NCBI GenBank assembly: GCA_036229005.1
Contig: JAZAMN010000030.1
Coordinates: 16,416-80,415, forward strand
Reading direction: 5' to 3'
DNA from: Myxococcota bacterium
Lineage (GTDB): Bacteria > Myxococcota_A > UBA796 > CAJQPC01
DNA: 64,000 nucleotides
Position 1 is the stretch's first letter, and every line of letters starts with the position of its first letter. Below are positions 40,282 through 47,526 of the stretch, in pieces. The translations under genes and the position numbers were made by a program. The notes beneath the pieces were generated by a model that was not told the origin of the DNA, made no database searches, and worked only from the letters and a program-made list of their open reading frames with translations.

Positions 40282-40877
40282 CAGGCCTTCCCCGGGGCGC
40301 TCTGCCCCTCGACCCGCTGGCACTTGCGGTCCATGGTCCCTTCCTGCACGCCCTCGGCGGTGTCCTGGGTCAGCGCGTGCACCAGCAAGCTCCCGTCCCG
40401 CAGGTCCAGCGTGATGGTGCCCGGGGTCAGGGTGATGCTGTTTGCGTAGAGCGTCTGGCCCAGGGGGGTCTTGGGGCCGCAGGGCACGCGGATGAGCTGC
40501 GGCTTGATCGGCATCTTGGGCGAGAGGATGACCCGCGCCACGTGCAGGTTGGAGAGCAGGATCTCCTTGAACAGGTAGGGCAGGTACAGCAGCAGCCGCA
40601 GCCAGAACCCACTGTTCGACCCCTTCTCGTCCGCCCCCAGGCGGCGGGTCAGCAGCGCGACGAAGGCGCTGGAGGCCACCCCGAAGCCGATGGTGAGCGG
40701 CTCGTACACCCCGGACCACGAGAGCCAGGTGGCCAGCAGGACGACGAAGATGATCAGAGTGCGCGCCAAGAGCGAAGAGGCTCCCAATGAGGGCGCGATT
40801 AAAGCACGAAGGCGGGGCCTGACCCCCGGACTGCACAGTCCGTTGACACCCCGACGATCCTCAATGGATCCCGCCAT
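40281..40877 (-). CDS. MnhE-like subunit
   Basis: LSNLHVARVILSP ... YANSITLTPGTITLD. The N-terminus is uncertain, because the first ATG overlaps the upstream gene by 17 nt. Confidence 0.7.
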   Translation of the reverse strand: MAGSIEDRRGVNGLCSPGVRPRLRALIAPSLGASSLLARTLIIFVVLLATWLSWSGVYEPLTIGFGVASSAFVALLTRRLGADEKGSNSGFWLRLLLYLPYLFKEILLSNLHVARVILSPKMPIKPQLIRVPCGPKTPLGQTLYANSITLTPGTITLDLRDGSLLVHALTQDTAEGVQEGTMDRKCQRVEGQSAPGKA

Positions 40878-42417
40878 CGGCCTGAAACAGAGGAGGGGCC
40901 GCCAGGAGACTCGGGCCGCACTGGAGGGGTGCTTCGGCGTCAGAATCCTGTTTCGCCCGTTGTTTCAAGAGTTCTTCAAGCGGTGCCCCGGCCTCCTGGG
41001 CCAGGCGATCCGCCAGCTCAGGGTGCCCACAGCCCGATGCCCACGCCGCCGCGTGTCCGGGGAGGGGTTGGGCCGATGCGCGGATCCCCTGACAAGCCAG
41101 CAGATCCGCCCGCAACGCCAGCGACTCCGGGAGCGGAGCGAGATCCCGGCTGCGCTCCATGGCTGTCCCCACCGCTCCGGCCTGTGCCAGGCCGGCCACC
41201 TCCTCCCACCCAGCCCACAGCAGGATCTCGTCCTCGGCGAGGACAGACTGGGGCGTCCCCGCCAGCGCCCCAGGACCGCAGTCCCCGATGCTCGCCGTGC
41301 GCCCCCCCGCGCTCAGGGTCCAGGCACCGGAGCTGCTGCGGGTGACCTCGACGGGGACGCCAGCCAGTTGCCCGATGGTGTGCGCCGCAAGGGCGGTAGC
41401 GGCGGGAGGACCTCCTCCGTAGCGCAAGGCCACCGCTGGATCCCCCCGTTGACCGGCCCCATGCGCCAGAGGCCCGTAGCTGTGGCCCGGATGCGCGACC
41501 AAGCCCAGCAGGCGGCCCGCCGGATCGGGGGCCTGGGCGACGCTCTCGGCCAGTGCGTGGAACAGCGGCAGATCGCCCTCGTGGACGCCCGGCAGCGGGG
41601 GGAGGGGAGCCGGTGCCAGCTCGGGCTCCAGCAGCGCCAACAGCATCGCCATACACGCAGGATCGGGGCTCGAGCAGTCGCTGTCGTGGTCCTGCAGCGC
41701 CAGCAGCGCCGGGGTGTCCAGCTCCTGGATGGGGCGGCCGTCCTGCAGGCGTGTCCGGGCCTCGCTGATCTCCGCGGGCGTCAGACCGAGCCCGTCCAGC
41801 GCCCCCGCCACCAGCAGCTCGGGCAGGCCGTTCAGCGGGTCGTTCTCGGGGACCAAGGTCGGCCACCGAAGCTCCCGCTCCAAGGCCGCAGCCAGCTCTC
41901 CAGCCGCTTGGGGGTTGCCCTGAGCGAATGCCAGCGCCGCATGCAGCCCCGTGGGATCCGGGGGAATCGCACCCTCGAGCTCCAGGAACATCGTCTGGGT
42001 AAGCGCCTGGCGGCTCCCGGGACCCAGGCGACCGCGCTGCAGCTCTTCGGCCACACGGGGCCGGTACTGGGACGGCTCCTCGCGCAGCAGGACCCGCGCC
42101 CCTCGGAGCTGCAGGCTCTCCGGGCCCACGACATCGGTCAGCGCGTTGTCTGCGAGCCATGTCAGGACCGCCGGGTGTTCACGGGAGAGCGCCTCAAGGT
42201 GGCCGCAGGGGTCCATCGACTCCCGATCCAGCAGCGCGATGAGCTCCGCGTCGGTGAGGGAGGGGAGCTGGGTGCACGGAGCGCTCGTGAGCACCGCCTG
42301 GGCTCGGTCCCCCACCCAAGGCAGCTTGGCTCTGCGCGCCGGCGAGGACATCAGCAGCGCGACCCCGCCGAGCACGGCGGCGGAGATCAGGCCCAGGAGC
42401 TGTCCTTTGCTTGGCAC
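40861..42417 (-). CDS. Membrane-anchored hypothetical protein (518 aa)
   Basis: GTG start and N-terminal TM helix LLGLISAAVLGGVALLM. No recognisable domain. Confidence 0.55.
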   Translation of the reverse strand: MPSKGQLLGLISAAVLGGVALLMSSPARRAKLPWVGDRAQAVLTSAPCTQLPSLTDAELIALLDRESMDPCGHLEALSREHPAVLTWLADNALTDVVGPESLQLRGARVLLREEPSQYRPRVAEELQRGRLGPGSRQALTQTMFLELEGAIPPDPTGLHAALAFAQGNPQAAGELAAALERELRWPTLVPENDPLNGLPELLVAGALDGLGLTPAEISEARTRLQDGRPIQELDTPALLALQDHDSDCSSPDPACMAMLLALLEPELAPAPLPPLPGVHEGDLPLFHALAESVAQAPDPAGRLLGLVAHPGHSYGPLAHGAGQRGDPAVALRYGGGPPAATALAAHTIGQLAGVPVEVTRSSSGAWTLSAGGRTASIGDCGPGALAGTPQSVLAEDEILLWAGWEEVAGLAQAGAVGTAMERSRDLAPLPESLALRADLLACQGIRASAQPLPGHAAAWASGCGHPELADRLAQEAGAPLEELLKQRAKQDSDAEAPLQCGPSLLAAPPLFQADGGIH

Positions 42418-42447
42418 CCCTTCAAGCTAACCGCCCTCTGGAGGCCG

Positions 42448-42963
42448 TCAGGTCCCCACGCACGAAGAGGGTGGGCGAAGGGGCTCGCCCACCCTGTCCG
42501 TCGTGCTGAATCCTGCCCGCCGGATCTCCCGCGGCGCATCGGCACCCGTTTGGCTGGGCGCGACCCGGAGGACCCGGGCTGGGGCGGAGCGGCCCCGAGG
42601 CGTGGACGCTGGTGCCTGAACAGGCTGCGCTGCGGTCGTGAAAGGAAGGATTGGCCCCGCCCCGCGGCCCTTGGGGGGCTGCGGAGCGGGAGGGTCGGTC
42701 TGAGCGCGCGCCCCGAAGCGAGGCGGATTCTCAGGGGCCGGGCTGCCGGTCTCCCAGGGGGGAGGGGGAGGTGGGGGCAGCGGTGTGAGGGCGGGGTCCG
42801 GTGTGGCCTGGCGGGTCAGCGGGAGGGACTGCGGCAACGGGAGATCAGGCACATCGGAGCCGGGCGCAGGAGAGGCGATGAGCCTTCCAGCGGGGGGAGC
42901 TGGGAGTCTCGGATTCGCGCTTGGGTTCCCCTGTGCGGCGACCTGATGTTTGTACCGGTTCAT
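42448..42963 (-). CDS. Proline-rich hypothetical protein
   Basis: ATG at 42963 (MNRYKHQ...), about 25% Pro, weaker codon bias than neighbouring genes. Coding status is doubtful. Confidence 0.3.
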   Translation of the reverse strand: MNRYKHQVAAQGNPSANPRLPAPPAGRLIASPAPGSDVPDLPLPQSLPLTRQATPDPALTPLPPPPPPPWETGSPAPENPPRFGARAQTDPPAPQPPKGRGAGPILPFTTAAQPVQAPASTPRGRSAPARVLRVAPSQTGADAPREIRRAGFSTTDRVGEPLRPPSSCVGT

Positions 42964-43033
42964 GGGGGCAGGGTCAACGCGAAGAACTCCGATGACAGGC
43001 CGATCTACGGGCGCTAAGGGGCCTCGCTTGGGC

Positions 43034-43162
43034 TGTGGACAACTCTGGTCGAAGGGCCCTGGATCCGCGCCCTGATCGGGGTCCTCGATCCGGACCCGGG
43101 GTGTGGAAATCGGGGGCTGATTTCGGACCCTTTCACCCTCCCTGGCAAGGATCTGTGGACAA
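43034..43162. promoter_or_regulatory. Two identical 11-mers CTGTGGACAAC (TGTGGACAA core) 120 bp apart in a divergent intergenic region
   Basis: Cores at 43034-43042 and 43154-43162. Both are followed by GAAGG(G)CCCTG. Degenerate copies are TGTGGAAAT at 43102 and TGTGGGGAA at 43166. Confidence 0.4.
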
Positions 43163-43214
43163 CCTGTGGGGAAGGGGAGTGAAGGCCCTGACTCTGGCGT
43201 GATAGGACCCAACC

Positions 43215-44180
43215 GTGGCTGTACTCCCCCACCGGCTGCGCCCAAGGATCGCCTCCTTGCCCCCCCGAGCGCTGCGCTCCTTGCTGCGCTTCGGGCCGCG
43301 CTCCCGCAGACTCAGCGCTGCCCGCCGTCTGGCCGAGCTCGGAGACCCGGAGAGCGCGCTCCCAGCGCTGCTGAGTGCCCCCGAGCCCGGCCTGCGGCGC
43401 GTCGCTGCGGCCTGCAGTCCTCCCGACCAGGTCCGCGACGCCTTGGAGCGGGAACGAAGCACCTCGGTGGCGGTCGCGATGTCTCTGCGGTGTCTACAGG
43501 CCGGCCAACCTCAGGCGGTGATCCACGGGCTGCTCCGGCGCCGCTGTCTGGTCCCTGTCCCCCTCCCCGAAGGCTCCCGGGTCCCAGAGTCTGCCCTGGG
43601 GATGGGCCTCGCGAGCCCGGAGCGCCTGCTGGACGAGCGCCTGGACGGCAGCACCCGGGGCTGGGAGGCTTGGCAGGAGGCGTGGCGGCAGGCCGGAAAG
43701 CGGGAGCAGAACCGGCTGCTGGTGGAGCTGGGGTGGATCGGGGACCCCCGGGCGCTCGGGCTCCTGGAGGGACTGCTCGTCAGCATGGACGTGGACCCCG
43801 GGCGGGGCTTTGCGTGGCGTCGCCTGTCTGCGCTGGCGATCGGCCGCATCGGGGACCCGGGCGCGACCCCCGCACTCATCCGCGCGATCGAGGTCGAGGC
43901 CGCGGAGCACGAGGGCCGCCCCGGCGCAGGGCTGGGCATCCAGTTCCCCGTGCGGGCGGTGCTCCTGTGGGCGCTGGGTGAGCTGCAGGACCCCGCGAGC
44001 CTCCCGACCCTGCTCGGCCACCTGGACCAGGACGCAGGCAGCGCGCTGGGGGGACTCCACCTGCCGGCGCTGGGGGCGCTCTACAAGCTGGGTGAGGCCG
44101 CGCGGGAGCCTCTGGAGCGGGTCGCGTCGGGGCAGTCCAAGGCCTCGGCCCGGGCGGCTGCGCTGCTGCAGGTCCTCTGA
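43215..44180 (+). CDS. HEAT-repeat (PBS-lyase-type) protein
   Basis: Repeated xLGxIGDPxAxPxLxxxL units: ELGDPESALPALL, WIGDPRALGLLEGLL, RIGDPGATPALIRAI, ELQDPASLPTLLGHL. Confidence 0.75.
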   Translation: MAVLPHRLRPRIASLPPRALRSLLRFGPRSRRLSAARRLAELGDPESALPALLSAPEPGLRRVAAACSPPDQVRDALERERSTSVAVAMSLRCLQAGQPQAVIHGLLRRRCLVPVPLPEGSRVPESALGMGLASPERLLDERLDGSTRGWEAWQEAWRQAGKREQNRLLVELGWIGDPRALGLLEGLLVSMDVDPGRGFAWRRLSALAIGRIGDPGATPALIRAIEVEAAEHEGRPGAGLGIQFPVRAVLLWALGELQDPASLPTLLGHLDQDAGSALGGLHLPALGALYKLGEAAREPLERVASGQSKASARAAALLQVL

Positions 44181-44201
44181 GGCCTGGGCCTCAAGGCCGA
44201 C

Positions 44202-44861
44202 TCAGGGGCGGGAGCTGGTGCTCGCGGTGCCGCCCTCGTGGGCCTCGTACTGGTCGCCGAAGCCGGCCTCGATGCGGACCATGCCGCCGCGGAAGACCTT
44301 GACCGTGTAGATGTCGTGGTCGGTGCCCTTCTGCGCCTTGTTCGCGAACACGTAGTCGATGCTGGACGCATTGCTGCTGTAGCCGAAGTCGGAGGCGTCG
44401 TTGGTGACCCAGCCGCGGGGGTTGAACACGATGGCCGTCACGTCCGGCTCGACCAGGCCCACGTTCTTGACTTTGTAGGTGCCCGTGGACAGGTCCCGCA
44501 CGCCCTCTCCGCTGTAGGCGTCCGTGCTCTTGGAGGCCTCGTAGGGGAGTTGGTCCCAGAAGGTGGAGTTCAGGTTCTTGTTGCCGACGTAGAGCGACCA
44601 CGCGCCCGCACCCGCGCCGGGGTTGTAGGGGTCGGTGTCGTAGTCGGTGACCACCAGCCGCGTCTCCTTGTCGTTCATGATCGCCATCATGCGGAGCTCT
44701 TCCACGTCGGCGGCGAACTGCTCGGCGGCGTCCCGGGCCTTGTAGCGGGGGATCAGCTCAGTGAGCGCGCCCACGCCCAGCGCAGCGAGCACGACGATGA
44801 GGCTGATGACGATCATCAGCTCGATCAGGGTGAACGCAGCGCGGGCTCGACGGTGCAGCAT
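44202..44861 (-). CDS. Prepilin-type minor (pseudo)pilin, GspH/FimT-like
   Basis: MLHRRARAAFTLIELMIVISLIVVLAAL N-terminal methylation-type motif. 219 aa. Confidence 0.75.
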   Translation of the reverse strand: MLHRRARAAFTLIELMIVISLIVVLAALGVGALTELIPRYKARDAAEQFAADVEELRMMAIMNDKETRLVVTDYDTDPYNPGAGAGAWSLYVGNKNLNSTFWDQLPYEASKSTDAYSGEGVRDLSTGTYKVKNVGLVEPDVTAIVFNPRGWVTNDASDFGYSSNASSIDYVFANKAQKGTDHDIYTVKVFRGGMVRIEAGFGDQYEAHEGGTASTSSRP

Positions 44862-44902
44862 GGGGGGATTGTGGCAGGGGCTGGGGCGGCTGTCCATGGG
44901 GA

Positions 44903-45361
44903 TCAGCCCAGCAACTCGCGCAGCGCCTTGTCGGAGGCCCCTGCGTACTCCTGCGCGCGGCGGGTGTTCAGGCGGGCCAGGAGCTTGTGGGGGTCGCCGC
45001 CCTCTTGCTTGAGGCGGCGGTAGCTCTTCTCGGGCAGCTCCAGCTCCTTGAAGCGGGCCTTGACCTGCGCCCAGGCGGCCTTGTCGAGCTTGGCCACCGC
45101 GTCCTTGTGCAGCCGCTGCAGCTCCTTGGCGCCGCGCTTGTCCCCTCTGGCCTTGAGGGCCTTCTGGATCTTGAAGGAGAGGTCGATGAGCTTGGGGAGG
45201 CTCGCGTCCTCTGGGACCACCTCCTGGTCCTGCAGGGCGCGCAGCCACGGGCTGTCCGACAGCGACTCCACCAGCGAGGACTGGCTGGGTGCGGGCGCCT
45301 GCTCCCGCGCCTGAAGGTCCTGGGTTCCGGACAGAGCTCCCTTGAGGGCATCCTTGAGCAC
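44903..45361 (-). CDS. Lys-rich hypothetical protein upstream of the pseudopilin
   Basis: GTG at 45361 is preceded by AGGAGG with a 5-nt spacer. The ORF-track ATG at 45550 would overlap the rpsD start on the other strand. Confidence 0.5.
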   Translation of the reverse strand: MLKDALKGALSGTQDLQAREQAPAPSQSSLVESLSDSPWLRALQDQEVVPEDASLPKLIDLSFKIQKALKARGDKRGAKELQRLHKDAVAKLDKAAWAQVKARFKELELPEKSYRRLKQEGGDPHKLLARLNTRRAQEYAGASDKALRELLG

Positions 45362-45407
45362 CGCGTCCTCCTGGCTGTGACGGCTGATCCTGAGCGCCCC
45401 TATCCCC

Positions 45408-45436
45408 TTGACGGGCCCCCCGCGATCGCCTAATAG
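45408..45436 (+). promoter_or_regulatory. Possible sigma-70-type promoter for rpsD
   Basis: TTGACG-17 nt-TAATAG, which would give a leader of about 105 nt before rpsD. Confidence 0.35.
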
Positions 45437-45548
45437 CGCGGGGTTGTCGCCAGGCTCATCTGACGGCAGCGCGCCCTGCGGGCCCACGGTCTCCGACCGA
45501 AACCCCTCGCAGGGCTGTACTTGCACCAAGAAGAATGGAGCGTGCCAC

Positions 45549-46166
45549 ATGGCTCGTTATCGTGGACCCCGGCTCAAGAAGTGCCGGGCTGTGGGTGTGG
45601 TGCTTCCCGGTCTGACGACCGCCCGTACCCTGGAGCGTCCGACGCCTCCGGGTGTGCACGGCGCTCGTCGTCGCGGCAAGCCCTCCGACTACAAGGTTCG
45701 TCTGATCGAGAAGCAGAAGCTTCGCTTTCACTACGGCATCCTGGAGAAGCAGTTCCGCCGCTACGTCAAGGAGGCCTCCCGCCGCAAGGGCGCTACCGGT
45801 CAGGTCCTCGTGACCCTGCTCGAGAGCCGCCTGGACAACGTGGTCTGGCGCCTCGGTCTGGCCCCCACCATCCCCGCCGCTCGGCAGATGGTTGTGCACG
45901 GCCACATCAAGATCAACGGCAAGCGCGTCGACCGCCCCAGCTACGCCGTGAAGCCCGGCATGCAGATCACCGTGCGTGAGAAGAGCATGTCCAAGAGCTT
46001 CGTGCAGGCACGCCTGGAGCAGTCCGCTGCCAACGTCACCCCCCAGTACCTCGAGTTCGACCCTGCAAAGGCCACCGGATCCATGATCCAGGCCCCTGGA
46101 ATGGACGACCTGCCCTTCCAGTGCAACATGCAGGCCATCATCGAGTTCTACTCCCAGACCCTGTAA
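45549..46166 (+). CDS. rpsD: 30S ribosomal protein S4
   Basis: MARYRGPRLKKCRAVG... and the S4 domain LESRLDNVVWRLGLAPTIPAARQMVVHGHIKINGKRV. Confidence 0.97.
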   Translation: MARYRGPRLKKCRAVGVVLPGLTTARTLERPTPPGVHGARRRGKPSDYKVRLIEKQKLRFHYGILEKQFRRYVKEASRRKGATGQVLVTLLESRLDNVVWRLGLAPTIPAARQMVVHGHIKINGKRVDRPSYAVKPGMQITVREKSMSKSFVQARLEQSAANVTPQYLEFDPAKATGSMIQAPGMDDLPFQCNMQAIIEFYSQTL

Positions 46167-46181
46167 GGATAGGAGACTCCC

Positions 46182-46376
46182 ATGGCTAAGAAGGGCCAGG
46201 GTCGCGTCATCGTGACCCTCGAGTGCACCGAGTCCCGTCAGGCCGGTGTGAAGGTGCGCGGTGTCAGCCGCTACACCACCACCAAGAACAAGAAGAACAC
46301 TCCCGGTCGCCTGGAGCTGATGAAGTACAACCCCTTCCTTCGTCGGCACACCTTGCACCGCGAGATCAAGAAGTAG
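46182..46376 (+). CDS. rpmG: 50S ribosomal protein L33 (Cys-poor form)
   Basis: [18 protein letters not shown]...[33 protein letters not shown]. Three of the four Zn-ribbon Cys residues are absent. Confidence 0.9.
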   Translation: MAKKGQGRVIVTLECTESRQAGVKVRGVSRYTTTKNKKNTPGRLELMKYNPFLRRHTLHREIKK

Positions 46377-46871
46377 GTGGGTATGGGGCGCAATCGCCGC
46401 GCCCCTCCTTCCGCAAAGGCCCGCGCCGTGGACCTCCTCTCCAGGAGGGAACACGGGCGGGCCGAGCTTCTCTGGAAGCTGCTCCAGAAGGAGCACCCCC
46501 GGGGGGAGGCTGAGGCCGCGCTGGATGCCCTGGAGGACCTGGGGCTGCTGAACGATCTGCGCGCCGCGCAAGGTCTGGCCCGCTACTACGCCGAGCTGCG
46601 GGGCTATGGTCCCCGTCGCCTCCAGCAGGTGCTCACGCGCGAGCGCCGGTTGCCCTCGGACCTGGTGGATCAAGCCATCGAAGCGCTGGAGCGGGACTTC
46701 TCCGAGGCCTGCCTGGACGCCGCCCGACGCAAGGGGCTCAAGGGCAGCGAGCGCAAGGATGAGCAGCGGCTCCTGCGGTATCTGGTGGGGCGTGGGTACA
46801 CCCCCTCACAAGCCTATGCCGCCCTGGACATCGTGCGGGCCGAGCGCGCAGACGAGGACACCGGGGCCTGA
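46377..46871 (+). CDS. recX: RecX-like regulatory protein
   Basis: ARAVDLLSRREHGRAELLWKL..., three helical repeats, RLLRYLVGRGYTPSQAYAAL. The start is GTG 46377 or ATG 46383. Confidence 0.75.
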   Translation: MGMGRNRRAPPSAKARAVDLLSRREHGRAELLWKLLQKEHPRGEAEAALDALEDLGLLNDLRAAQGLARYYAELRGYGPRRLQQVLTRERRLPSDLVDQAIEALERDFSEACLDAARRKGLKGSERKDEQRLLRYLVGRGYTPSQAYAALDIVRAERADEDTGA

Positions 46872-46876
46872 TCCGC

Positions 46877-47482
46877 TCAGCGGGGTCGGCGCCCCTTCCT
46901 GCCCTTGCCTTTGCGGCGCCCCCGACCTCCCTTGGGCGGCGGCGGGCCCTGTTGACCGCGCGTCTGCTTTGTGGGGGCGGGCACCCCGGCCTGCTCCTGG
47001 CGAACACCCGGCAGCAGGTCCCCGCCGGGGGCCGGATCCAAGGAGAAGGCGCTGCCCGTGGTGAGCAGGTTGCGCGCCAGCACCGCGAGCACCACCCCCA
47101 ACAGCGGCAGAATCAGCGCAGCCGGCTGCAGGGTGCTCACCTTACGGTTGTCTACAGACACCGCGAAGGAGAAGGGGTCTTTGTGGACCACCGGGGCGTC
47201 TACGGGGACCTCCATCGGGGGCAGCGCCTGGCGCTCCAGGGGCAGCCCCTTGGTGGTGGAGGCGGGCAGCACCCGCTCCTCGAGCTGCTGCCCAGGCCGC
47301 ACGATGAGCACCTTTCGGTCGCCGTCCTCGCTGACCTCCTGGTCCAGCGGGCGCCAGCTCACGGCCTGGCCGTGGTAGCTGTCGAACCAGCCGCCCAGGG
47401 CCAGGAAGGCCAGGATGGCGATGGGGACTGCGACTGCAATCAGCTTGATGGTGGACCGTAGGCCCGGAGAATGGTCTCGCAT
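46877..47482 (-). CDS. Two-TM membrane protein with basic C-terminal tail
   Basis: TM helices IKLIAVAVPIAILAFLALGGW and ALILPLLGVVLAVLA. The tail reads KGGRGRRKGKGRKGRRPR. Confidence 0.55.
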   Translation of the reverse strand: MRDHSPGLRSTIKLIAVAVPIAILAFLALGGWFDSYHGQAVSWRPLDQEVSEDGDRKVLIVRPGQQLEERVLPASTTKGLPLERQALPPMEVPVDAPVVHKDPFSFAVSVDNRKVSTLQPAALILPLLGVVLAVLARNLLTTGSAFSLDPAPGGDLLPGVRQEQAGVPAPTKQTRGQQGPPPPKGGRGRRKGKGRKGRRPR

Positions 47483-47526
47483 CGGGATACGCTAACAGGA
47501 GGCCACAGCAAGGGAGGCCCGACCTC

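Noticed and set aside
40690-43017. A 775-aa plus-strand ORF spanning the mnhE start, the 518-aa hypothetical gene and the Pro-rich region.
   Set aside because: Its composition is Arg/Gly/Pro/Gln-rich low complexity. It is antisense to a gene with a clear N-terminal TM anchor and normal composition.
43031-43170. The DnaA-box-like repeats as a chromosomal origin (oriC).
   Set aside because: There are only two perfect boxes. There is no AT-rich unwinding element and no dnaA, dnaN or gidA nearby. The region is a short promoter spacer. It is kept only as a possible regulatory site.
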